DNA from: Entomortierella parvispora E1425
Taxonomy: Eukaryota > Fungi > Mortierellomycota
Direction of reading: 5' to 3'
NCBI GenBank assembly: GCA_020891255.1
Contig: BQFW01000002.1
Location: 1,178,001 to 1,242,000 of the forward strand
DNA: 64,000 nt
Position 1 is the first letter of the stretch; the number at the start of each line of letters is the position of its first letter. The notes below the pieces were generated by a model, which worked only from the letters and a program-made list of their open reading frames with translations, was not told where the DNA came from and searched no databases. Made by a program: the position numbers and the translations under genes. Of this stretch, positions 35,117-49,208 are shown one piece after another.

Positions 35117-37086
35117 TTACAAAGTGACAGTTGCTCCAAGCATGTCCTCCTCCTTGAATCCAAGAGCTTGGTCCCAATAGTGCTGCACATTGTACCTTGA
35201 CAGTGTCTCCTTCAGCTTTGCGTCTGTCCGGCAAGTGATAAAGTGAAAGTTCTTGAACTGTCTATCTCTTGCTTGGCCCTCCCACACCAGTAGGCACTTG
35301 TTATCAACTGTCGACACCTCTGTTCCATCCTGGCGCGTGTTGTCCGTCCAGTCGATTCTCCGGAGCATCAGCTTTTTGTATTGATTGATGGCTTTTTGAC
35401 CGCCTTCGACAACCACCATGCTGAAAGTAGGGAAAATAAGTACCACTCCTGTCAAGTTGAGTTGCTGTGCATTTTTGTCGACCTTGAACCGCTTTTGCGA
35501 GTGGGAGAGATCATTGATCCTAAAAAAAGTGCGGAAAATGCATCAAGTCAGCCCAAAAAGATCGTACAAAATATACTCAAGGACTGAACCGACAGCAAGA
35601 CCTGTCATCTACTTACTTGTACACAGAAACATGGATTCCTTTGTTGAGATCCTCCTCCTTTTTCTTAGCCTCCTTAGCCTTTCTTTGTTCGGGCGTCAGC
35701 TTTCTCTCGGCGTTCTGATCCAGATGACTTTGCAAACGTTCCTCCACCTGCTGTCGGACTTTCATTTCGACCTCTGTAGGGTTCAACACAGCTTCCTGTC
35801 CCAAGACTCGCATCATGTTGGCAAGCTTCACCTTTGGTGCATCTGGCGCCAACAGACCCAATCGGATCTTGTCCTGTTTTTCCTTCAGCAGCTCCTTGCG
35901 CTTCTGACGTCTCAACTTTTTCCTCTCCTTGGTTGTCAACATGAGTGGCCTGGGTTTCGAGCTGGCGGCGTGGGCAGCCTCATTTGGAGGTTGAATCTGC
36001 ACAGGATGCTGAATGAAATGTGTGATGAGAGAGTCTGGTGTTTCGATTTTGGCGTGTCCCTGAACAATATCCTCGTAATTCTTGTTGGGAAGGAAGGCCG
36101 CGTCCCACCATTCCACGCCGTCCTTCAATACATCTCTCTACAAAGTTCAACAAAGGAGAGGACAGAGAATCATAGTCAGCCAACAAGAAATGTAGGGTTA
36201 TTGAATAAAAAGAAGCGTGAACCCCTCTTGGAAAGAAAGGAGCTGTACCTTTGTAAACCCATCTTTCATTTGTAAATCCTCCTCCTGAACATTGGCATGT
36301 CCTTGCTCCTCCAGTTCTTTCCGAAATTGTTCAATTCTCTGTTCCGTGCGGATCTGGTTTGCGATGCTGATGAATTTTCCTTTGGGTGCAAACTTTAGTG
36401 GTCGAGAAACACGCTCCCTGGGTACAACTGACAGGTTGGGGTCTAAATAGGGATTGATCTCTGGATTCACCAGCTCCTCTGGCAACTCTCGCTCGATCTT
36501 CAATTCCTTCTTTGGTTCAGGTTTTTGATTGATCTAATTGCATGATATCAAGCATGTGGCAAGATAAAATTAGTCTTTTTTTTTCTTCAGGGCCACCTAA
36601 TACTCACTCGAAATATGATATCCCGTTTACCTTGACCGTCGCAAATGAAGGCGCTTGGACCTTTTTTCCAGAGGCCACAGAACTGATAATGAGATTTCCA
36701 GCTGCGTCAGTAGTGACCATAGAGCCCATTTGTGCAGCACGTGCTCGAGCATCCACCGGTGCCGGTGCAGCAGCCACAGGCGCAGGGACCGCCTTGGCAA
36801 CTTTTAAGGCATTCATTTTGGCTTGCAGAGCTGCTTTGCGCCTTGCAAGATCGTCAAGATTAGGAGGCGCGGCAGCTCCTGGCTGTTGCTGTTGTTGAGG
36901 CTGTTGCTGGAGCATCTGGGCCTTTGCTTGCGCTGCCCTTGCTTGCGCCATTGCCTTAGCCTGCTCCAACAAGGCTTTGATCTGGAAATTATCAGTGAGA
37001 GAGAGGTGAGTGAATGAGGTGATGAGAGACTCTGCAGAAACATGATCCGTCCTGGCATGTACCTCGCTTGGGGTCTTTCCGCTCAT
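35117..37086 (-). CDS. PRP3: U4/U6 snRNP protein Prp3
   Basis: VEWWDAAFL, ITHFIQHPVQIQPP, LMLTTKERKKLRRQ, KIRLGLLAPDAPKVKLANMMRVLG, TGVVL..VVVEGG.KAI..YKKLMLRRIDW and NKCLLVWEG; five exons. Confidence 0.95.
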
Positions 37087-37262
37087 GCTGCGAGTGTAAC
37101 GGTACAAGATGAAGGATGAGAATGAGGATGGTGTCCGCGCGAGTCAAAGTCCAGAGTCCAGAGTCCAGAGTGCCGAGTCCAGTGATCGCTTGGATGAATG
37201 AAGAGGAAAGGGTAAAGAACATAATGAACGATCAAAAGTTGTCATCGAGACGGTTGCCCCTG

Positions 37263-37270
37263 GTCACGTG
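37263..37270. promoter_or_regulatory. E-box GTCACGTG upstream of PRP3 and the F-box locus
   Basis: Exact octamer in a divergent intergenic region. Confidence 0.4.
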
Positions 37271-37527
37271 CCTTTTCTCGCGTGCGTTTTGAATTGGCGG
37301 TCCTTTCCCCAGACGAGGTGAAAGTGAACTGCAGACCCCTCCTCTTGGTGGCACCTTGTTGGATCTTGCTTCTCTCTCTCTTTCTCTCTCGCTTGTAGCG
37401 GCTCACTTAATGCCGACTTGAAGGCCTGTGCAACCGATGGGAGGCGCAGACAAAATAACTCTTTTTTTTCCTTTCCTTCTTTTCTTCCCAATCACTTCCC
37501 AGCCCATTCATATACCGCTACAGGAAC

Positions 37528-38316
37528 ATGATCGATATCCCGGAGCTTCTCGACATCACGTTCTCAACCCTGGATATTAGAAGTCTCATGGCATGTTCCT
37601 TCGTTTGCCGATCATGGCACGAGCCCGCCGTGCCTCACCTATGGCGGGCGTGATGCTGATTTGGAGAATTGCGAAGGGATGTGGCCTTGCCGCCATAAAC
37701 GTGATATCTGGAACGATTCCATAATCATGATGCCTTTCCTGGAAAAGTATGGACGTTTCCTGTGGCACATGCACTGGCCACTGCAATGGATGAGCGCGGT
37801 ATTCTTCCGAAAGGGCGGACTTCCTGATCTTAAGACTCTCCGCATTCCCGCTCCAGCCTTCTCCAATACCCAGGCTCTTTCCCAGGAAGGAATTGGGCCA
37901 TTGCTGGTGGACGTCTTTGTCAAGGCTTTCGGAAACCTGTCGCCTTCATCCCTAGAGTTAGACACTCCCATGTATGACTCAGACCTCGACACCATCCTCT
38001 TGGTTTGGCATTTCGAGTTTGACTGGGACGACTATCTACCGTCACTCTGCTTTCAGCACCAGGGCAAAGGACCGAACCTTCTACAGTCATGATCTCTCCT
38101 GGGGGGGTGCTCCTGAAAAGGGCCTTTCAGAACTTACCACAACTGTGCTATTTCAAGTGGCACGCCTCCATGAATAGTCCATGCGTTCTGATGGTCTTGG
38201 CAAACGTGTGGGGTCGTTCGTACACGGCTGGGCTAGAGAGGACGAAAAGAAATCCAATGTCGCTAGAGGTCCAGTCGCTAGATCTACTGCAGTTCTTGAG
38301 TCAAGATAATCGTTAA
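37528..38316 (+). pseudogene. Frameshifted F-box/LRR-type gene (probable pseudogene)
   Basis: MIDIPELLDITFSTLDIRSLMACSFVCRSWHEPAVPHLWR is F-box-like but hits TGA at 37651. Homologous-looking FLEKYGRFLWHM continues in the +1 frame to a stop at 38092, and LRR-like LLKRAFQNLPQL follows in another frame. No usable intron bridges the breaks. Confidence 0.6.
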
Positions 38317-38387
38317 AAAAAAACAGGAAAAAAGGTTGCAACCTCATCTATCTCAGATTTTTTTTCTCTGAATGATTCTTTCTTTAT

Positions 38388-40357
38388 TCACAGGTTGTGT
38401 TGAGGCAATTGTGTCACATTCTTGACTCTGAACCAGGCGTTGTTCATGACGCCTCTGTGATTCCAAATGGGAGTCTCTGGCTGCATGTTTCCGCTCGAAT
38501 CGTCTATCAAGGTAGGTCACCAGTAGATTTAAAGTGATAGAGTCATGGTAGGCAAAGCAACATTGTTAGAAAGAGACTTGTCTGGAAGAGGGCACAAATA
38601 AACACATCAACACTCTTCTTTGTCGATCCTTCAAGTTTTGCTTACATGCTCTGGCGATAATCTCACTGGAGGGCCGAATTCTTGGCACGCTCTTTTCCCA
38701 CAGAGCCCATGCCCAAAACATACCACTTTTCCTGTCAGGGTGCTGCTCCATGCGATCTACTGGCTCCCATGTGCTTCCACCATCAATGGATATCTCCACT
38801 CTATAGATTCCTTTGCCACCGCCTATAAAGGATAAAAAATTAGCCTGACACGTTCACCAATTCAAAAAATTCAGAGCAGATGGTGCAAAGATTTCCTTAC
38901 CCGCAATGGCGTATCCTTTGATGGTCACAGGTGCCGATGAAGAGATCATCTCGTTTTCCAGGGGCGTACAAATAACGCACTGGACGTTCATTTCATTCAA
39001 AGATGCTGCTGAATCCCAAGAACTCTCGACGTTGGATGAGTTCACCTGATTCGGATCAAGAAATAAAAAAGAAAATCAGTCCTCTGGAATCCTCTGGCTT
39101 CATCTTCTATTGTTGCTTTTGGCAACGTAAATTACCCATGGTGGCAAGATCTTGTAGTCGCGCCGTTGATAAAAGGCCAAGGACTCTTCCGGCTGAACAA
39201 TAATCTTTTGCAAAAACTTGACGGACCGGGCTCCAATATAGCCAGGGACGATCGCCCGCAATGGGAATCCATGGTCTCTTGTCAGAGGCTTCCCGTTCAT
39301 CTAAAGTAAAATCAAACCAGTGTCCACCGTAAGCACTAGGATCTTGGGCTACAGTATTGAACAGTCAACCCAGAGCCCCAGGAAAATGTCATAAAGCCCT
39401 ACCTCGTATGCCAGAATCACATCTCCAACAGGGTCCCTAGAGCAATATTCGTTGATCAGTACCAGCCTTTCTCTATGCATCCACATGAAGACAGAGAATA
39501 ATCCTTACATGGCTTTTCTTAATGGAATCGAGCTGCCATAGCAAGCATCCTCGTGCACTTGATCATCCGCCTCAAAGGAGACATGAAAATCGCGCACCAT
39601 GTCGTGCGACAAGTCCGTTGGGATTCCTGCTATATCCCTGAGAACATCCGCCAGTCGCACGCCAGACCATGTCGCCTACATTTGAAAAAAAAGGGAAAAC
39701 TGATCAGCCTTTTTTTACGTTCACAGGAACTCCAAAGTTTGTTGCACAAAAAAGGGCAATGTTCCCCAACCGTAGCCTCTGTTTGTTGATATTTACATTG
39801 GAGATGGTCCCTGCACCCCAAATGACGCCTTTGACCTCTTTGAGGGCAGCAAGCCCATCTCGGCGATTACCGGCGCACTAAAAGGGGAGATGATAAAAGA
39901 GGTGAGTACACCGATTTAGAATCACGAAATCAGTACCGGCGAAAAGACCAAACTGATCACGATTGAAAACTGGATCGGGATTTACCTGAAGGGATGCCGT
40001 CACGGTGACCTTGGGCCAACGGGACATGATATCATACATGGACAGTTCAGCCCAGTCTAGGCGTGGGGAACTATCCGGGTGTTGCAGGCCAATGTAGACC
40101 TTGTGGCTCTCCAGCCTGATGTCGGGGATAGGTCCATGATTCCGTTTGAAGAAGATATCTGTGGGGGTGATCTGTCCAGCGTTGACGAGCAACGGCAGGC
40201 GTGGTTCGGCATTGAAGGGTGTTTGGGCATGAACGATGAAGCTGGGCAAGTCCCGTGTTGGATCGTGTGAATAGTCCAGTTGGGATTCGTGGACTCGCTC
40301 ATGCGAGGGAGGGTGGACCAAGGAAGGACCTAAGGAGTGATGGTGTAGTAAATCCAT
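38388..40357 (-). CDS. SUOX: Sulfite oxidase (Moco plus dimerisation domains, no cytochrome b5 domain)
   Basis: [22 protein letters not shown]|CAGNRR (Mo-ligand Cys), YE|[41 protein letters not shown] and [11 protein letters not shown]; about 7 exons. Confidence 0.93.
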
Positions 40358-40657
40358 GGAGTAGGTAGGGTTGAGCTGGGTTGGTGAGAGTGAAAGGGCG
40401 ATGGAGAGGAAAGGAAGGAGACAAGAAGAATTGGTTTATGGCGGGAGAATTGGAAAAAAAAAAAAAAAAAAAAAAAAAAAACGGCCTCAGACATTTTGGC
40501 GGCGGGCGGGCACGTGCACATGACGCGGTTCATCACTTTTTTTTTTCATGTAGCTCAATAGATGGATACAAGTAAATATGGCGTCGCTATGGTCCTTGAA
40601 GCTAGAAAGCACCCTCTCTTGGACGCCTGGAACAAGTGGGGGGTATCAATGAACCCC

Positions 40658-42450
<1,793 letters not shown>

Positions 42451-42771
42451 CTTTCTGTCTGTACTATTCCAGCCGCGGATGACATGGCGATTTCCAGGGA
42501 GGATATCTCGGACAACAACAACAGCGAACAAAGAAAAAGGTCCGCGTGCTACACGCACCTGCACACTCTTGCTGCAATTCAAATCCTGGAAACATCCAAA
42601 CAACCCCAGGGTCTTTTTGCATTGCAATGGACCGGGTGCACAGGTAGATATCATGTGGTTGGGATATCTACACCTGGAATTAATAAACGCGCGCTGTCTA
42701 GACTCGCCACTCTTGGAGGTATAATGAATGCATTTAATAGTGGTGGGCCATAGTTACTGATGTCCGCTCGC

Positions 42772-43942
42772 TTAGGCGTCCTCGTCACTACTAGAGTCGT
42801 ACGCAGCCAAGGCGAGAAGTGCATTTGGTTTTGATGGAGCGCTCGTCGTCGTCGTCTCTACCTTTGCTTTCTTGTTGTCTGTCGTATCAGCCTTTTCGAT
42901 TTTGGCATCGTCTTCCGCCTTTCTCTTTCCGCCCACCTTTGATTCTTGCCCTTTGATGTTTGATGATCCTGCACTTGAGGAAGTTTTTGATTCGTCCTTT
43001 TTCACTAGACCTGCAAAGAGCGACTTCTTCTTCCTGGGGACTGCTGTGACATCAAACGATGGAGGGTTCGATTTAGGAGCCACTGCTGTCAGTAGGTCGG
43101 ATGGCTGCGCTGGAACCGTGACAGCCTTCAATTGAACATTTCTATTCAGCATTAAAGTCAGACAGAGATGAGAGGATGACGGTTAAATCGCAATGGAACA
43201 AAGACATGGATCGGTCAAAGCGCGATCGCCCTCACTGCCAGTTGCTTTGCATCTCATTGACACGAGGAACGTACTGGCGGAACTTTTTCAGCTCTTCCTG
43301 CTCCTGCTCTTCCAGTTCTTTCTTCTTTTTTGCCTCGTCGCTTTCCAGTGTACTGAGAAAGTCAAATTCGTCATTGTCAATGCGATGGATTAGGTTGCCT
43401 GTAGGTAGGAAGATAGAAACAAAAAAGGGGGATTAGCTTGTGCTGTCATGAGGTTATGAGGTTAGAAATGGTTCCCACTTGTGCCATTGGTTTATGGGTG
43501 AACCCGTACCGAACTTGGTTGCTTCTGCGAAAGCATCATCCTTTTTTTGTTTTTGTTCTTGGAGCCGCTCGTACAAGGTCCGTGGATCATAAGGCACTTC
43601 GTCTGGGATAGGTGGTGGATCTAATGTCGTAAATACAACAGCAAACAAGTCAACTGGGTTTGTCCTATGGTCCCTAGCAAAGGCAACGTCTGCCGCTCCT
43701 GGAGAAGCAAGGTAGGTGTCGGGTGATTTTATCCGCATCCTGTCTTGTTCACGTACTCTCTTTGTTCTCGTAGGCCTTCTTCCACTCTTCCTGCCGCGCC
43801 TGCCTTGCCTCCTCAATAGAATCTGTATTGAAATGCAATGCAGGGTTAATTAATTTCTCTCCAATGTAAAGCATCACTCGGTCCTCCAGTCAATAAGACG
43901 CCTGTTAAACGTACCCTCAGTGACGAATTTGATGGACGACAT
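42772..43942 (-). CDS. PSME3IP1: NIP30/FAM192A (PSME3-interacting protein) homolog
   Basis: MSSIKFVTE|D..EEARQARQEEWKKAY, PYDPRTLYERLQEQKQKKDDAF..ATKF|GNLIHRIDNDEFDFL; four exons. Confidence 0.85.

Positions 43943-43944
<2 letters not shown>

Positions 43945-43984
<40 letters not shown>
43945..43984. repeat. (GT)20 dinucleotide microsatellite
   Basis: Directly visible; it ends 2-3 nt before the NIP30 ATG. Confidence 0.95.
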
Positions 43985-43985
<1 letters not shown>

Positions 43986-44243
43986 CTTGTCTGTTGGTGC
44001 AATGCATGCATGCATGCTTTACAGACGTCTTTTTTTTGGTGGCCAACAGAATTCGCCTGGGTGGCTTGTACGCTGCACTGCAACCCTGTACATAAAATAA
44101 AGACTCGGCCTTCACTCCTCTGCTCGACATCAACGCGTCAAGGAACAGCACATCACCCGCATTACCTTCAGGAGCAGGATTCTGGATAGCCTTCATTTCC
44201 TACAAGGACAAATTCAAAAAAACCCCCGGCAGCATTTCCTGTG

Positions 44244-45602
44244 ATGGCAGCCACGGCAGCACCAGGAGCAACACCTCTGGAGACCGCTTCTTCCGCCGCT
44301 CCAGCGCGTACATCACTTTCCAACATGACTCGAACCTCGCTTGGCAATGGTCGAACGTCCTTCGGCACTGGCCTTACACACACCTTCATTGACAGTGCCA
44401 ATCGTCTCTCTACCGGGAGTCATCGCCATTCCCTAATGCCAGCACTCCCCAAGAGCGCACAATTGCCGCTGTTGGATGCACCGCAGTTTGATAGTGAAGA
44501 ACTGACAGCCCGTGCCCTGACCTTTATCAACGAGGTGAACAGCAGCGCCCAAAAGTTCAAGACAAAGATCTCAAACAATACAGAGCAATGGATCAGCGAC
44601 ACTTCAGAGATACGAGGTACTATATTCTGGGTTGGCGATCGACCCTATGTGATTAGGAGACATTTTCTATGAGTATCCAGCTCAATATTCTTTTTTCTCT
44701 ACTTTGCTGCTATAGAATCGGACAGGGATCTGCGGGAAGCCTTGAAACTAGCAAATTCTGAAGAGGTTGCCCTAGCTCAAGGTAAATATCATGCGATGGA
44801 ACAGGCTAAACCTCCCTGTACATATGAAAGGGGCGACTAAAGTGGTTTTTTTTTTCCTTTTTTGCCTTCGCGGATATTAGCTCTCAGAAAGGAAAAGATG
44901 GAGGCTCAAAACATGGCGAGGGCGATTCAAGACTTGTCCATCCGTCATGAAGAAATGAAGCAAATCCAAGAATCATTGCAAGAACAAGTGATTATTCTCA
45001 GGAGGGAGGTCAAGGCCAAACGTGAAGGTAAGGCTGTTTTCCCGGGATGTAAACCCTATCCTTTTTTGTCTGACTGCTGACTCAAATAATCTTTCGGCGC
45101 ATAGCGAAAATTGCTCAAAAGAAGGCGTTGGACGAACAGGTGCTCAAGAACAGACCAGAGCTGGCGAGTTATGAGTCTGTCTTGTCCATGCGGATCGTTG
45201 GTGTCAAAGGTATGGACGGATTTTGCATTCAGAAAAGAAGATGTCCATAGGACTAGTGTTAACAAATGTCTTCATGAAACTTTAGAGGATCACATTGCTT
45301 TCGTATTCACACGGATAAACGAAAGAGACTGGGAACAAGAGTTTTCTTTCACGATAGACGTGTCGAATGTTGACTATGCAGGTAACGATGGGTTTACAAA
45401 TCAAGCAGACTCTTGCGGACTGGAATAATACTCAAGTGTACTCACCAATTTCTGTCTGGATATAGTTTACGATTGCTCACCACTGCTACCAGATCTGGAG
45501 AGTTTGGTCCGGTATCTGAATGACACTCGGGATTTTTATGGGTTTCTGAAGAAGGCAAGGAAAGCTTTCCAGGAGGTTGCGAAAGATATGCCAAAGAATT
45601 AA
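44244..45602 (+). CDS. SPC25: Kinetochore Ndc80-complex subunit Spc25
   Basis: Coiled coil, then the RWD-like domain ELASYESVLSMRIVGVK|EDHIAFVFTRINERDWEQEFSFTIDVS..Y|VYDCSPLLPDLESLVRYLNDTRDFYGFLKKARKAF; six exons. Confidence 0.88.
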
Positions 45603-45950
45603 AGAAAAGCAGCTGTGAGGTCCTCACCTTGTTGCCAATGTACTATATTTATTTCTATTACTGCAATTGTCGGGTGGCGCGAGCGGAAGAACGTGCGCGA
45701 CCATGATGACATCAATTTTCGGTGTCTTTGTCTTCCATGTGTGCAATAAGATACGCAAGAGCGGGCCACAGATTTTTTTTTTTTTTTTACACACGGAGTT
45801 TTGTTTGCTTTCCGCCTCTTTCATTCTCCCCTTCATTCTCTTCATTCCTTCTTTTACATCCGTCCGCACCACACTGCATTCACCCCTACCCTTCTTCATT
45901 ACTGTAAACAACAAGCCGTCTCCCCCTACAGCAAAAGAAACGGAATTCAC

Positions 45951-47534
45951 ATGGCCTCCGCCGCGTCAACGTCACCATCACAGCATGCAGCCTTCTTGGC
46001 CACACAAACAGTCGCTGACGTCCTAAAAGCAAAGACCACTGAACATCCATTGATCGATATCCATGTCAGTGCGACGGTCGAAAAGGTCTTTGAGACGCTA
46101 TTGTCTAACGGTAAGCTTTCTTGCTCAGGCCTGTATTTTTTTTTTTCTTTTTTTCAATTCCAGTGAAAACTTGGAACTGAAACTAACTGACGCGTTCTTG
46201 AACCACCTTTTTTTTGTTTTTTTTTTTTTTTCAGATATCCTGTCCGTACCTGTGTACCGCATTTTCAACAATGTCAAGGACTATGTAGCCATCATTGATA
46301 CCTATGACCTCCTGTCTTCTATGGCGGTAGGTTGCAACTGAAAGTCGAAAGGAGCACTGTGAGAAATCGGATGAGAGCGCGCGACTTAATTCTAATTGCG
46401 ACCGCGTGTCGATTTTCCTTTCTCTTGCTCTTTTTTTTCTCACGTAGGAACGTGGCTTTGAAGTCGAGTCTGGATCAAGTCCGGATACAGAGTTTTTGTC
46501 AATGCCGGTGGCTATTCTGGTCGGCATGACAAAGTCGTCCTCGAAGCTCTGGACATGCTTATCGTCTTTGCCATTGCCCCAGCTGTAAGTGGAGAGAGGA
46601 CGAACAGCTTTTTTTTTTTTTCACAGGCTCGTTATTTTTTTTTTTTTTGAGACAATTGGGGCGTGACAGGGGAACGTTGCGTCTCCCGTTCTCACCACCG
46701 TACATTGAATGCTTTTAATAACACTGCATGCATTGCATGTTGTCTAGTTTCGAACTGTTTACCAAGCACAGGGTGCATCGAATTTTAGTCTTGGAGGAGA
46801 TCCCGGTGAGATGGGATGAAGTCGATCAGGAGGAAGCCGAGGCAAAGCCACGACAACAGCCCAATGGACGGTTGGTCTCGCAAACGGACGTGATCAGGTT
46901 TTTGTTGGAGCACAATCATCAACTGGGCTCCATCTTGGACACAACTGCGGAGCAGACGGCCGGACATGCACTTCGCTACGCACAGGAATATTTGGACACG
47001 GCCGCGGCAGTCCAACTCAAACAGACCCCGGCGTCGATCACTATCAACTGTGTGGCCTGGACGGCTCTCCAAACCATGTCCACATCGCAGGCAAGCTGTG
47101 TCGCCATTGTCGGTAAGGGAAAAAAGAGAGAATCGGAGTGGCGTTATTCTCAGCTCCAAGCTGCTCCTTTTTTTTTTTTTGAAGTAGTGACTGATCATCC
47201 ACTTTTTACTTTCTCTTTTTTTTTTTCTTTTTGTCTGGTGTGATTTGTAGACTCGAATGGTGCTCTGGTGGCGGAAATGTCGGCAGCCGATCTCCGGGGC
47301 TTGAACCCAGACAGGATCCAGGATCTTAATCGACCTGTGCTTGTGTATTTGAAGACTTGTCAGGGCAAAGGAAATGTCAAGCAACCCCTCAGTTGCCGCA
47401 CAAAGTTCACGCTGGGTCAGGTCTTGAGTGGACTCGTCCGTAGTCATGGACATCGCTCTTGGCTTGTGGATGAGGAAAATCGGCCCATTGGATGTATCAC
47501 ACTGAGCGATGTCCTCTCTCTGTTTTCGGAATGA
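45951..47534 (+). CDS. Tandem CBS-domain protein (Sds23/AMPK-gamma-like fold)
   Basis: ILSVPVY, VHRILV, LVSQTDVIRFL, CVAIV|DSNGALVAEMSAADLRGL and HRSWLVDEENRPIGCITLSDVL; four exons. Confidence 0.85.
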
Positions 47535-47741
47535 GATGGTCGCTCACTCCATGTACAGCGCTTTTGAGAGTATTAGTTTTTGACAAGGAGGAAGGTTTAA
47601 ATTACAGAAGGGTCGTGACGATTAAAAACAACCTGACGAAAAAATGAAAGAATTTACAAGGTACTTGTACCGGATGATTGATGAATGTTTTATCTGAAGC
47701 GAAAGAAACTATGGTACAAATGTCGTCGTCGTCGTCCCTTT

Positions 47742-49020
47742 CTAACCAGACGATGTCGGGGGCTGTTGACCCTGCTCGAGATCCAATCGATTTGGGGACA
47801 GACTCTGGTATTGATTTTGAGAAGGGGTCAAAAGGCCTTGACGCTCACTGTTGGTATCGCTCTCCGCCATGGACAAGGGAGCGTAAAAGTCTGTTCTGTC
47901 TCGGTAGAGAACATAATGCTGGGTCATAAAGACAAGATCGAAAAAGATGCTCAAAAACCCCAGTCCAAACTTGACAGGGTCGCCCGAGATCCCTGACCAG
48001 TCGCCTGAGAGGGCACTGTCGAGAATCAGTTGCGCAATGCTCAGGACACCCCCTGTGAAATCCAAAAGGATGTTGTGGATACTCCAACCCACTGTAGATT
48101 TGGCCTTGAAGTTGAGATAGACTTGGGGGCAATACTTGATGAAGCTGATGCTGAGCTTGATGTAACTGACAAAGTACAGGACATCGATCCAATCGTGGGC
48201 GCTGTGGTTCCATAAGTTGCGACTCACCAGGGCAAGGGTAAAGGCGAGCGCAGTAATGATGAAGCCCTTTGCAAATCCCGAGGTCTTCTGACCTGCATCG
48301 CGCTAAACAGAATAAAAAAAAGGTCAAAAACAACAATTGTCAGCACCTCAAACAGGTCCAAATAAAGCAACCAAAGGAGTGAGGGTGGGAAGAACGCGTG
48401 CGTCGAAATGGTGTAACAGAGCTCTTTAGCATGGCTCGACTCTAAACACGAATGGCGTGCTTGGAGTATTCCCACTCGTGCCTCCCCTTCCCCTCGCCCT
48501 TCGGCGCTTCCTGCCTTGTCAGACTGACGGTCAGCCAGCCTTTGGTGCACACTAACATCCTTACCTTGTAGATGAGCGTCTGAAAAAAAGTAATCGAGGA
48601 CAGAATGAGAGCATGGACGGCGAAAAAGACGTCATTTGCGCGGACCAGGTTCTCTTGGCCGTCGTTTCGTCGCCTGTACTCATCTTGGATCTCGGAGCTA
48701 AAGAAGAAGGCCAAGTTGAAGATCTAGGGCAGTGATGTTAGAATATAGAGAGAGACGAGAGGATATCATGAGATAACCGCTCATTAGCCTTTCCCCCACA
48801 CATGGCAGTAGAGTCGGTCACTTACAGAGTAGCAAAGGAAGCCAAGGACATTCAGATGAATGAAATCCATAGAGAGACCCTGGACACTCTTCCGGTGATA
48901 GTTGAGGATGGCCTGGGGGTAGAAGGAGGCGGACCAGGCGAGGAAGTAAGCCCAGCCGATCAGATGAGACAGCGCAGAGCCGATACCCAGCGAAGGGTTG
49001 TCTATTTGAGGCGGAATCAT
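47742..49020 (-). CDS. CTNS: Cystinosin (PQ-loop vacuolar cystine transporter, ERS1-like)
   Basis: [80 protein letters not shown] and FMTQHYVLY; three exons. Confidence 0.95.
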
Positions 49021-49050
49021 GGTGCAGTGCTCAACAATAAGAGTGGGAGA

Positions 49051-49096
49051 GAGACGAGAGACGAGAGACGAGAGACGAGAGAGAGAGAGAGAGAGA
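49051..49096. repeat. (GAGACGA)4 plus (GA)n repeat in the cystinosin 5' leader
   Basis: Directly visible, 30-75 nt upstream of the ATG. Confidence 0.85.
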
Positions 49097-49208
49097 AACG
49101 CAAGCTGGACAAGACAAAGAACAAAGGCGAGACAAAAGGTCAGAGGACAGACCGAAAAGACAAAGAAAAAAAAGGCTAAGGCTATTTGCCAGTTGCCACC
49201 AATGTGCA

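Noticed and set aside
38350-38540. Strong plus-strand acceptor (T-tract plus CAG at about 38392) suggesting an exon antisense to sulfite oxidase
   Set aside because: The T-tract is the complement of the A-rich 3' end (AATAAA overlapping the stop) of the sulfite oxidase gene, and the peptide has no motif.
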